From the NCBI RefSeq assembly GCF_036321535.1, contig NC_087436.1, positions 44,704,001 to 44,768,000 on the forward strand: 64,000 bases of DNA, written 5' to 3'. This document shows positions 27,101 through 38,805 of the stretch, piece after piece. The DNA comes from Camelus dromedarius (Eukaryota). Made by a program: the position numbers and the translations under genes. The number at the start of each line of letters is the position of its first letter. The stretch's first letter is position 1. The notes beneath the pieces were generated by a model, which was not told the origin of the DNA, did not search any database, and was given only the letters and a program-made list of their open reading frames with translations.

Positions 27101-27955
27101 AAAACATTATCTGACATACATTTAAAAAATTTTCTCCTAGAAGAAATAAAAGCAAGAATAAACAAATGGGACCTAATGAAACTTACAAGCTTCTGCACAG
27201 CAAAGGAAACCAGAAGTAAAACAAGAAGAAAACCTACGGAATGGGAGAAAATTTTTGCAAGTGAAACCGACAAAGGCTTGATCTCCAGAATATATAAGCA
27301 GCTCATACAACTCAATAAGAAAAAAATAAACAACCCAATCCAAAAATGGGCAGAAGACCTAAACAAGCAATTCTCCAAGGAAGACATACAAATGATCAAA
27401 AAGCACATGAAAAAATGCTCAATATCACTAATTATCAGAGAAATGCAAATCAAAACTACAATGAGGTATCACCTCACACCAGTCAGAATGGCCGTCATTC
27501 AAAAATCCACAAATGACAAATGCTGGAGAGGCTGTGGAGAAAGGGGAACCCTCCTACACTGCTGGTGGGAATGCAGTTTGGTGCAGCCACTATGGAAAAC
27601 AGTGTGGAGATTCCTCAAAAGACTAGGAATAGACTTACCATATGACCCAGGAATCCCACTCCTGGGCTTGTATCCAGAAGGAAATCTACTTCAGGATGAC
27701 ACCTGCACCCCAATGTTCATAGCAGCACTATTTACAATAGCCAAAACATGGAAACAGCCTAAGTGTCCATCAACAGGTGACTGGATAAAGAAGAAGTGGT
27801 ATATTTATACAATGGAATACTACTCAGCCATAAAAACCAACAACATAATGCCATTTGCAGCAACATGGATGCTCCTGGAGAATGTCATTCTAAGTGAAGT
27901 AAGCCAGAAAGAGAAAGAAAAATACCATATGAGATCGCTCATATGTGGAATCTAA
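24158..27955 (+). CDS. LINE-1 ORF2p (APE endonuclease, reverse transcriptase, CCHC), two compensating frameshifts
   Basis: Endonuclease motifs NVNGLN, QETH, GDFN, SRIDH; RT motifs DAEKAFD, QGCPLSP, YADD, KYLG; C-terminal CWRGC...HCWWEC. Extra A in the A6 run at 25541-25546 and a missing T at ~26590. The corrected frame is about 1265 aa with no internal stop. Confidence 0.97.
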
Positions 27956-30319
27956 AAAACAAAAACAAACAAACAAACAAAAACAAAGCGTAAATAAAGG
28001 ACAGAAATAGACTCACAGACAGAGAATACAGACTTGTGGTTACCAGGGGGGTGGAGGGTGGGAAGGGATAGACTGGGATTTCAAAATTGTAGACTAGACT
28101 ACACTGTATAGCACAGGGAAATATACACAAAATGTTATGATAACTCACAGAGAAAAAAATGTGACAATGAGTGTGTATATGCCCATGAATAACTGAAAAA
28201 TTGTGCTGAACACTGGAATTTGACACAACATTGTAAAATGATTATAAATCAATAAAAAATGTTAAAAAAAATGATCAGAGGATCTGAATATTTTTCCAAA
28301 AAAGACATACAGATGGCAGGCACATGAAAAGGTGTTCAACATCACTAATTAGGGAAATACAAATCAAAACAACAAGGAAATGTTACCATACAGCTGTGGG
28401 AATGGTTATTTTTAGAAAGACAAAAAATAAGAAATGTTGGAGAGGATATGGAGAAAAGGGAATCCCTTTGTGCACTGTTGGTAGGACTGTAAATTGGTGT
28501 AGCCACTAGGAAAGACAGTGTGGAGATTCTTTTCTAAGTAAATCTAATTCTCTAAAATTAAGAATAGAACTAACATGAAATCCAGCAATTCCACTTCTGG
28601 GTGCAGCATTATTTTCAATAGAATATATATGCATACATACATTTACCCCTCCAGACTTAGTCTGGAGTCTTATATAAAATGGAATACTACTCAGCTATAA
28701 AAAAGAATGAAATCCTGCCATTTGAGACAACATGGGTGGACCTTGAAGGTATTATGCTAAGTGAAGTATGTCAGATGGATAAAGACAAATACTATATGGT
28801 TTCACATAAATGTGGAATGTAAAAAAAAACAAAAATGAAAAGCAAAATAAAACAAAAACAAACTCATAGATACAGAGAACAGATTGGTGGTTGCTAGAGT
28901 GGAAGGGTGTTGGGGTGTGGGCAAAATGAATGAAGAGGGTCCACTTTATGGTGATGCCAGACTTGTGGCGGTGATCACTTTGTGACATATATGGATGTCC
29001 AATTATAATGCTGTACCTCTGAAATGTACATAATAAAAGATTTAGTGAAAAAATAAAAGTGAAAATGTAGGCAGAACTTAAAAAGAGAGATATAGACAGA
29101 TAGAAACGGCACGTCATATTTCTTACTGAAGCTCCCTCTTGCCCTCAGGGTATTCTCTCAGAAACTCTGCATTCTTTTACCATGTTGAGGGACGAAGCAA
29201 GTGAGACCCTTAAATGAAGATGCCATCACTGCCATACAGTATATCTAGTTCACCATATCCCGACATGAACCCAGATAGCCTCTTTCTAATGGCATAATTC
29301 AGCCTTAACAGGCATGTGTATAAGACACAGAAAGATATGAAGTCATACCATGTTTTGTCCATGTCTTGATAAAGAGGGCTCTGCCAGGTACCTAAATATT
29401 GATTTGTGCCTTCTTATATACCTCTTGCCACGGTATCTTATTAAGAGTCAGGATGGGTGAGAGGTGTGTCTTACTTTGTAGAGTGTGGAAAGGGTAACTG
29501 AAAAAATGTAAGAAACGAGAATCTGTGAGATGCTTCAGTTCCAGGCTTGTTCTACAACAGATCAGCTTTAGAAAAGAGTAAATATCATAGGGGAGGCTTT
29601 AAAAAATTGACTCCCTCCATACTACCCGTGCCCTCATAGCACATAAACGTCTTTCTGAACCTGCAGGAATGTGAATAAACCAGTTTAAAGCTCTGGCAGA
29701 TCCTCAAATACAGTTTCCATTGAGGTATCTGCCTATTTAACCAGACCCAAAGCGGGAGTAAGTATTTTTAAGTCCTACCCAGGGAAGACAGAACTATACA
29801 ACAGATCTAGGTATTTTAAAATTTCCCTAGGAAATCTAGGCTTTAAACATTTACCATAACTTAGCATTTTAAAACATTGTTTGCTCAGTTTTATCTTATG
29901 TTTCACTAAAACTTTGTCGTCATTAAAATTAGATCCTCCCTAGTTTAGAAAAGAAGTAAATGAAAGAAAGAGAACAGATTACATAGTTAATAGATACAAA
30001 TGAAGTTTATGTTCCTTCTTATTCTTCCAAAGAATGAGCTGGACATGTTTGAAAGCCCAGAGTGGGGAAAAAGTTTCTCAAAAGAAACAAAGTTTAGGAA
30101 CTCTCTATAATCCCTCTTCATCTTGGAATTCAAATGACAGAGGTCAAAGCTAGCATTTGGAAAAAAGAATTATTTCTCTTCCAGATGAGAAGATGAAAGA
30201 ACAGGTACAGAAGAGAAGCAATTCGAGTGGGAAGGCATGTTTACGGGTGGATTATTTGCGATGGTACTGTACATGGAAGTTAGCAGTCCTTATTTGCATG
30301 AATGTTTTGTACCAACTAT

Positions 30320-30480
30320 TAAGTATAAAATAAGCAACAAGGATATATTATACAACACGGGGAATATAGCCAAATTTTATAATAACTATAAATGAAGTAT
30401 AACCTTTAAAAATTGTGAATCACTATATTGTACATCTTTAACTTATGTAATATCGTACATCAGCTATACTTCAATAAATA
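30320..30480 (+). mobile_element. Short L1 3' end
   Basis: AACAAGGATATATTATACAACACGGGGAATATAGCC...CAGCTATACTTCAATAAA. Confidence 0.8.
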
Positions 30481-30869
30481 TTTAGCTGAAAAAAACCAAC
30501 ATCCATTAATACATGTGTTAAACTACATGATTCTTGGGTCTGTGACAACTTTTTAGAAATCATATAGTCACAAGAATTTCCTAAGCTTTGTACTTAGGCC
30601 TGACTTAATGTAGCTATCCAAGTAGAATCTATTCTAAAATGAGAGCCCCATTTATGCAAATGATTCTTTCCAGTAATTGTGGTTATTTATCTAAAGCATT
30701 CTTAAAGGGACATGCCCGCTTTAAAAATGTCAGAGTGACAGCCCTTTACTAAGCATATACTTTAGTTTTATGCATTATTCAATATATGACAGAATATGTA
30801 CCTGAAAATACTTTTTTCTATACACACACACATGCACACACACACACAGCTTGAGCAACATTTTATTAT

Positions 30870-31290
30870 CCTGACTATAAAGATGCTGCCTAATTGCTCT
30901 CTAAAGCCGTTGCAATCATTTAAGTTCTATGAATTCCCACTTCCACCCCATCCCCCTTGCCAACGTCTTAGTACTGTTGCTCTGAGAGGTATGAAACTTC
31001 ATGTTGTATTATTTCATATTAATTAGTTTGGTTACTATTAAGGTTGGACGTATTTTTTATCTTATTGTCTGCTTGGTTTCCTCCTCTGAATTTCCTGCTC
31101 ATATTCTCCTCCTATTTTCTATGAGCTGTTCAACCCTTCCTTAATGAGTTGCAGAGGCCCTGTGACTATTCTGCACGCCAATTTTTTTTTGTAATTTTTG
31201 TGGGATGCAAATATCACAGTGCAATCCACAGACTGTGGTTTTATTTATATGTTTTTATTCGTTAATTTATTAGTATAATTATTTATAGTT
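30870..31290 (-). mobile_element. Highly decayed L1 fragment
   Basis: T-rich antisense ORF2-3'-like sequence (TCATCCCCCTTGCCAAC...TGCAAATATC). Confidence 0.55.
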
Positions 31291-31822
31291 ATGCTACAAT
31301 GTCAGTAATTTCCTCAAATCACTCCTTCACTTTTCTGACTTTCTTCAGATGATTCTGATCTCTTTTTAAACACTTCCATTGATATTTCTATCTCCTTGGG
31401 TAACTTTTCACTTCTAGAAATTCTATTTCCTTCCCTTCCGCAACCAAATCTTCTTTTCTGTAGTGTCTCCATTTTTCTTGAGATAATCCCTTATGCCCTA
31501 AACTGTGCAAGTCATCTCCAGAACAATTTTACATTCGCGTCTGCCAGGCATCACTACCCAGAGACCATTTTTGTTGTTGTTCCTGTTGTTTGTTTCTTAG
31601 TTTGGAATATGTGAGTGTGCATGCAGTGAATTCTCATAGGAACTTTTTTCTGGCCTCTAGTGTCTTTACAGCTACTTTGATGCTTCAAATTTTACGCAAC
31701 GTTTTCAGTTACACTTTGTCATGCTATGGCAACTCCACACGTCCTGTTCCTTTCATTGCCTGAGGATCAAAATCTACGCCTTTACATTTCTAAGCTTGAT
31801 AACGCTACCCATCCCTACCCCG

Positions 31823-31836
31823 CCAGTAGGGGGCAG
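31823..31836 (+). promoter_or_regulatory. Candidate CTCF binding site
   Basis: CCAGTAGGGGGCAG matches the CTCF core consensus CCASYAGRKGGCRS at every position. Confidence 0.55.
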
Positions 31837-33499
31837 CATTAACATCAGCGCAAGTGCTCATACTTGGAATGTTGGTTTCATCTTTTTTGGCAAGAGGATA
31901 TATATATACGCAATGTATATACCTGTATCAACCTCAGCTATACAATCACAATTACCCCAAGTATGTTCTATTTATTTGGCATATTTAAATTGGAGGCAAT
32001 GTCATATTGTGCTAGCCTGCTCTTTTTTTTTTTTTTTTTTTTTTTTTGCTTGTTTTTTATTGGTTTCTCCTGGAGCTATGGATTTTCTCTATTTAGGCAT
32101 TGTGGTTGCGGTGGGGACACACACACTTGCACACATTCCACTCACATATGTGTCAAACTGGCTTCAGGAAGTGGAAGCACACCTTTTCCAGAGAAGCAGC
32201 AATAGGCTTTTTGTCTGTCAACAGTTGGTCTGAATAAAAAGGGTGCCTTCTGGTCACTGTCAGAACCGAGAATCAGTCAATCAACTCGCACACTTATTGA
32301 GTGTTCGACTTCAAATAAATCCCAACTTCAGGAACAGTGTTCATGAATTCCTAATACATCACCCTTCCTTCTATTTATATATAAAAAGTTTCATTGGCCA
32401 AGAGGTATTTAACAAATGATATTTTCTGGTGAATACATTCACTATTTTTCTTTTGTTTGAACTTACCAAAGATATCAAACTCACAGTAATATATTTGCAA
32501 TTTTGAAATGATTATTCACAAGCCACAAATCAGAAAATATTTAGCATAAAGTAGTCTATTAGTACTAGGTTGCACTACTTTGTTTAATTTGGCAAAAAAA
32601 ATTTAGTACATAACATAGATCATGCTAAAAATATAAATAGCTTTTAAAATAACTGCTAACAAGCAAATTAGCTACCGAATGGAACGGCAGCAGATCAATA
32701 ATGACAGTAAAACTCCAGAGTTCTTGCTGATCTCATATTGCCTCTGAATGCAAACTGTAAAAGAGGTCCCCGCAGGCCTCCAACAATAACCTACAAAGAA
32801 TGAGACACAAAGGGTATCGAGCATAAAGAGAGTTCAATTTCCCAAGACAGCCAGCTTTTGTCACATCAAACCACCTATTAGTCACAAACTCATACAACTA
32901 AGAATTCTCTGCCCTCCCGAGATCACCTGTCATCTTGAAAGAGATAAAACCAATGAAAGGCCCCAGTTTCTTTTCTGTAACATATTTAGTTTATTGTTTT
33001 CAATAGATCAAGCAATTTATGATGTTGCTATTACATATAAATAAGGTGCTATACTCTTAGATTGGAAAATGGCATGAATGTGTCAGTAAATGGAAAAGGA
33101 AAGGTAAACAAAATAAAGGTGGAAATAGAGGAATATACTCAGCAGGACACACACCCTCCTACTATTTCATATATCTTTATATAATTTAGAATCACTCAAT
33201 TAATTAAACAATAAAATAAATATTGTAAGGAATTTAAGTTTTTACAGAGTAACTAAAAAGTAGCTGGTTTAATCTCCTGATTCAATGGATATAAAAAATG
33301 AAGTTCAATGAATTTAAATAGGTAGGGTAAGAGAGTAGTTTAATAGTAATATAGGGACAGGACTCTCAAGTCAATGTTTAAACACCTTTGAGAACTATTT
33401 AGTGTGCACACAGTACTAAAGCACTCCCTATAAATGCATAGTTCTATACAGGCCACATGATACAACAGGAAAAGCAACAAACTTGCTTGTGAATTGTCA

Positions 33500-35280
33500 T
33501 CTTTGTAAATGAATATTGAGCGGCGATGGTCTGTCAGGTAGTGAGCTAATTGCTGGGATTCTAAAGATGACACCCATCCTCGGGAACTCTGTGGTCTAAT
33601 GTGAGACTGCTGATAGGGATTTCAGTTGGGGAATAATTGGGTTTTGTGACGGCTGTATGCACAAGGTGCCACTGGAATACAGAGCAGAGACATCTAAATT
33701 GTACTGCAGCATGGGGAGGATTCGAGAGGCTCTCTAGAGAACAAAATTCTTGAGTTAAGTTTGAAAAATGGCAGGATAGAGCTAGAGAGAAAGTAAAGGG
33801 GCTAAGACTACCTCCAACAAGAGACCATAGAAGAAATGAAAGAGGAGAGGAATTGGAGAAGTAGGTCAGGGCAGGGTGGCAGGTGAGGTGGGGCAGAGGA
33901 TTAAAGGCCTTGTGCATTAGCCTTAGTACTTTCAGGATCCTTCTTCCTCTCTGATATGAAAATAATTTAAGATTTTTAGTTAAAAGATTACTCTGTGAGC
34001 AGTGTGGAGGGTAAACTGAAAGACTAGAAGCAGAGAAAAGCTGTAAAAGTTTAATGGAAAGGCCAGAGGCCTTGTCAATGGGTAGGATGGAAAGGAAGGG
34101 TTGGCCTTAAAAAAAGATGTGCGGATGGACCTAGAGATGATCGTAGTAAGTGAAGTAAGTCAGACAGAGAAAAACAAATATCATATGATAGCACTTTTAT
34201 GTGGAATCTAAAAAATGATGCAGGTGAAGTTATTTAAGAAACTGAAAGAGACTCAAACACATAGAAAACAAATGTATGGTCACCAAAGGGGAAAGGGGGG
34301 GAGGGATAAATTAGGAGTTTGGGATCAGCAGATACACACTACTACACGTAAACTAGATGAAAAATAAGGACCTACTCTAAAGCACAGGGAACTACATTCA
34401 ATATCTTGTAATAACCTATAATGAAAAAGAATATAAAAAACAACATATATATATATAAATATATATATATATGTATATGTATAACTGAATCACTTTGCTG
34501 AACCCCAGAAACTAACACATCGTAAATCAACTATACTTCAGTAAAGACAAAAGGGACTATGTGGAAGGTAGGGTCTCTATAACTTGGCTGCTCTCGAGGT
34601 ATGAGAGTGGTGACTACAATTTTATCCAGGTTTCTGTCTTGGTTTCTCAAAAAGTAAGGAAGTACAATAAAAAGAATGCTTCAGGATGAGAAAAGGGAAT
34701 ATTATTATTAAGGAAATATTTTTATTAAGTATGGGCATGTTGCATTTCAGATGGCAATAGGAGATCCAAGTGGAAACGTTCCACAGTGAATGGGGTACAA
34801 TAAATAGAATTTAGGTTGCAAAGATTTGGAAGTCATCAGAGCCTGGGAAGATCTGAAATTTAGCATAAAGAGAACATACAAGGTTAAGAAAGCAAAGATG
34901 TAAAGAAACACTTGTAGGGCATCCAAATTAAAAAAAAAAAAAAGGAAAGGAAAGGAAAGAAGACTCAAGAAAAGGACTATGGAGTTTCTGGAGAAACAGG
35001 AAAAAGGCTGAAAAAAAAAAAAAGATTAGTATCATAGAAACCAAGGTAGATGAGTTTTTCAAAAGAGGTAGCAGTCATTAGGCTCAAAGCTGTAGAAAGG
35101 TCAAGCTGGAGAATATAAAAATGTCCAATAAATCATTTTAATTTGAAAGGCATCAGCAACTTTAGTGAGAAGAATTTTAATGTAGCCTTTAGGTGATGTT
35201 GATTAAATTAAAGAGTAAATAGGACACTGAAGAAATGGAGATTGCATGTAGAGATTTCATTTCCAAGAAACTTATCTGTG
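33500..35280 (-). mobile_element. LINE-2 fragment interrupted by the L1 at 34116-34546
   Basis: Purine-rich antisense L2 (AAGATTACTCTG, GATTTGGAAGTCATCAG, TCAAAGCTGTAGAAAGGTCAAG). Confidence 0.7.
34116..34546 (+). mobile_element. Truncated L1 3' end inserted in an L2
   Basis: GGATGGACCTAGAG...AAGTGAAGTAAGTCAGACAGAGAAA...GTAAATCAACTATACTTCA. Confidence 0.88.
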
Positions 35281-35319
35281 AATTAGTATAATAATAATTA
35301 TTATTATATGATTAAGCCT

Positions 35320-35490
35320 TTTGAGTGGTTACCATGTGCCAGGTTCTTTGCCAAAAGCTCTGTAGTAACTAATCCATTGAATCATAAAAATCTCAATAAA
35401 ATAAGTACTGCTAATCTCACATAATAGTGATAAAACTGAGGCTTTTGAAAGTTAAGAAATATGCCTAAACTCCCAGTTACTGAATTAGAT
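35320..35490 (-). mobile_element. MIR SINE
   Basis: TACCATGTGCCAGG...AAACTGAGGCT. Confidence 0.7.
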
Positions 35491-35547
35491 ATTCTTTTTT
35501 TAGCGATGTATACTTTTTTCACTGTTATTTTCAAGTTTTTAAAAAAT

Positions 35548-35963
35548 TCTTATTTTTAATTGAAATGTAGTCAATACATAAAGTTAGTTTCAGGAGTACA
35601 GCAAAGAAATTCAGTTATACATACACATACATACTTACATATTTTTAGTTTCTTCTCCATTACAGCTCATTACAAGAAATTGAACATAATTCTCTGTGCT
35701 ATACACTAGGTTTTTGTTGTTTATCTACTTTATATATAGTAGTTTGTATCTGCTAATTCCCAAATCCTAATTTATACCCCTCTTCCCCTTTGGTAACCAT
35801 AAGTTTATTCTCTATGTCTGTGAGTCTGTTTCTGTTTTGTAAATAAGTTCATCTATGTCAATTTTTTAGATTTCACATATAAGTGATAACATATGATATT
35901 TGTTTTTCTCTGCCTGACTTTACTTATTATGATAATCTCTAGGTCCATCCATGTTGCTGCAAA
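35548..35963 (-). mobile_element. Truncated L1 3' end inserted in a MIR
   Basis: TTTTTAATTGAAATGTAGT...AGGTCCATCCATGTTGCTGCAAA. Confidence 0.88.
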
Positions 35964-36033
35964 CTCAAGTCAGATATTCTCAACCACTATTCTGATGCCC
36001 ACTAACAGATAGAGGGATTTAAAACTAGAAATA

Positions 36034-37842
36034 TACCTATTGATCATTTGTATTTCTTCCTCGGAGAATTGCTTGTTTAGGTCTTCTGCCCATTTTTGGA
36101 TTGGGTTGCTTGTTTTTTCTTTATTATATCATATGAGATGCTTATATATTCTGGAGATCAAGCCTTTGTCGGTTTCATCATTTGCAAAAATTTTCTTCCA
36201 TTCCGTAAGTTGTCGTTTTGTTTTACTTATGGTGTCCTTTGCTGTGCAGAAGGTTGTAAGTTTAATTAGGTCCCATTTGTTTATTCTTGCTTTAATTTCT
36301 ATTGCTTGGGTAGACTGCCATAGGAGAACATTTTTGAGATGTATATAAGATAATATTTTGCCTATATTTTCTTCTAGGAGATTTATTGTATCTTGTCTTA
36401 TGTTTAAGTCTTTGATCCATTTTGAGTTTATTTTTGTGTATTGTGTAAGTGAGTGTTCTAGCTTCATTGTTTAACATGCTGCTGTCCAGTTTTCCCAACA
36501 CCATTTGTTGAAGAGACTGTCTTTATTCCATTGTATACTCTTGCCTCCTTTGTTGAAGATTAGTTGACCAAAAGTTTGTGGGTTCATTTCTGGGCTCTCT
36601 ATTCTGTTCCATTAGTCTATATGTCTGTTTTTGTACCAATACCATGCTGTCTTGATTACTGTAGCACTATAGCATTGTCTGAAGTCTGGGAGAGTTATTC
36701 CTTGAGCCTTTCTTTTTCTTCAGTAATGCTTTGGCAATTCTAGGTCTTTTGTGATTCCCTATAAATTTTATTATGACTTGTTCTAGTTCTGTGAAATATG
36801 TTCTGGGTAATTTGATAGGGATTGCATTAAATCTGTAGATTGCCTTGGGCAGTATGACCATTTTAACAATATTGATTCTTTCAATCCAGGAGCATGGAAT
36901 ATCTTTCCATTTTTTTAAAAAAATGCTCAATATCACTATCAGAGAAATGTAAATCAAAACTACCATGAGGTATCACCTCACGCCAGTCAGAATGGCCATC
37001 ATTCAAAAGTCCACAAATGACAAATGCTGGAGAGGCTATGGAGAAAAGGGAACCCTCCTACACTGTTGGTGGGAATGCAGTTTGGTGCAGAAAACAGTAT
37101 GGAGATTCCTCAAAAGACTAGGAATAGACTTACTATATGACCCAGGAATCCCCCTGGGCATATATCCAGAAGGAACCCTCCTTCAAAAAGACACCTGCAC
37201 CCCAATGTTCATAGCAGCACTATTTACAATAGCCAAGACATGGAAACAGTGTCAATATCCATCAACAGATGACTGGATAAAGAAGAAGTGGTATATTTAT
37301 ACAATGGAATACTATTCAGCCATGAAAATGACAACATAAAGCCATTTGCAGCAATATGGATGTCCCTGGAGAATGTCATTCTAAGTGAAGTAAGCCAGAA
37401 AGAGAAAGAAAAATACCATATGAGATCGCTCATATGTGGAATCTTAACAACAACAACAACAAAAAGAACAAAAATACAAAACAGAAACAGACTCATAGAC
37501 ATAGAATACAAACTTGTGGTTGCCAAGGGGGTGGGGGGTGGGAAGGGGCAGACTGGGATTTCAAAATTTGTAGATACTGACAGGCATATGCAGAATAGAT
37601 AAACAAGATTATACTGTATAGCACAGGGAAATATATACAAGATCTTGTGGTAGCTCACAGCGAAAAAAAATGTGCCAATGAATATATGTATGTTCATGTA
37701 TAATTGAAAAATTGTGCTCTACAGTGGAATTTGACAGAACATTGTAAAATGACTATAACTCAATAAAAAATGTTAAAAAAGTGAGGTAATTAAATAAATT
37801 ATATTTCCCATTTATAGGGATTAAAAAAATAAAATAAAAAAT
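36034..37842 (+). mobile_element. 5'-inverted (twin-primed) truncated young L1 with extra 3' sequence
   Basis: 36034-~36917 is the reverse complement of ORF2 ~26541-27403; ~36917-37780 is sense, matching ~27410 to the 3' end. TSD AAAACTAGAAATA at 36021-36033 and 37843-37855. Confidence 0.93.
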
Positions 37843-38634
37843 AAAACTAGAAATAGAAGCAAGACTGAGGAAAAGCATTTTTCTTTAATATATAAGAGGT
37901 GAGACTGATCACATTTCTATGCTGATAGAAAGGACTAGGGTCAAGGAAGAAGCTGAAAAAAAATTAAAGGAAATAAACCTTGGGGAAATCCAGAAGTCAT
38001 AGGATCTAGTATATAGTTGGAAGGGCCATCCTTGTATAAGAGATAAAAACACATCTTCCAGGACAGCAGGACTGAGAGATGTATGATTTAAAAATACTTG
38101 TATCTCAAAACTTAGGTTTTCTCTACTATAAAAGGGGGATGGCAAAAATTGCTCTACAGATTTCATTTGTATTTTATGAAAAAGAAATAAAATGAGAGAA
38201 GCTAAAGAATTTAAGCTAGCTGTGCAGTTCAGAGGGTTGGTTAGCAGTAGTCTGTAGGCACGTGTGCATGTGTATTAGAAGACTACAGAGCATTCTGGAA
38301 CAGAGGTGGACCTACCCGACACACAGCTATGGCTTCTAGGTACAACCTGTCTCTGATTGCTCAAAGCCTTTACTACTCCTCATTTTCCCCATCCCCTTTT
38401 TGGAGCTTATTGTCCACAGCAGACATTCTAGATGTCCTTCTAGCTCCCAGAATGTTCTAGAGCATTCCCACGGCACTCCTGGATATATACATCCTTAACT
38501 CCCTGCCTTTTGTCACACAGAAAATGTATCCTCTTTCCCTAGAAAAAGAGGTAGCTTCTCACTTTGAAAACTACTCTTTCCCCCTGTATCTTAAACTTCC
38601 TCCCTGAGAACTTGGAAGAAATAACAGGCAGACA

Positions 38635-38805
38635 AAACGGAGGTGTAGTCCTGCTTCTGGAGCATATTTAAGTACATGACTTGGGATGAGACTTTAATTC
38701 TATTGGATTTGAAAGTCTTAATTTGTTAAGTGAAGATAATACCAGTTCATAACAATACTGTTTGAGGCTGCAGTTCGGTATTGTATGTGAAAGTGTGTAG
38801 AGTCT
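38635..38805 (+). mobile_element. MIR SINE (decayed)
   Basis: TGACTTGGG...GTGAAGATAATAC...TATGTGAAAGTG. Confidence 0.55.

Larger units (their letters stand above)
21181..28265 (+). mobile_element. Full-length young LINE-1 (5'UTR, ORF1, spacer, ORF2, 3'UTR)
   Basis: Starts GGAGATGGAGAAGATGGCGG, has a GC-rich 5'UTR and recognisable ORF1p/ORF2p, and ends AATAAAAAATGTTAAAA. Flanked by TSD AAAAAATGATCAGAGG at 21165-21180 and 28266-28281, preceded by TT (L1 endonuclease TT/AAAA site). Confidence 0.98.
20684..29052 (+). mobile_element. Older 5'-truncated L1, split by the full-length L1 (pieces 20684-21164 and 28282-29052)
   Basis: Decayed ORF2 3' sequence continues across the insertion (AACCCAATTAAAAAATGATCAGAGG|ATCTGAATA). 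Exact 15-bp TSD ATAAAAGTGAAAATG at 20669-20683 and 29053-29067. Confidence 0.9.

Noticed and set aside
22951..27453. Long hydrophobic minus-strand ORFs (e.g. 24034-24642, 26893-27453)
   Set aside because: They are antisense shadows of A-rich L1 ORF1/ORF2, not independent genes.
31721..32233. 170-aa ORF
   Set aside because: It runs through a poly(T) tract and dinucleotide repeats, with no recognisable domain.
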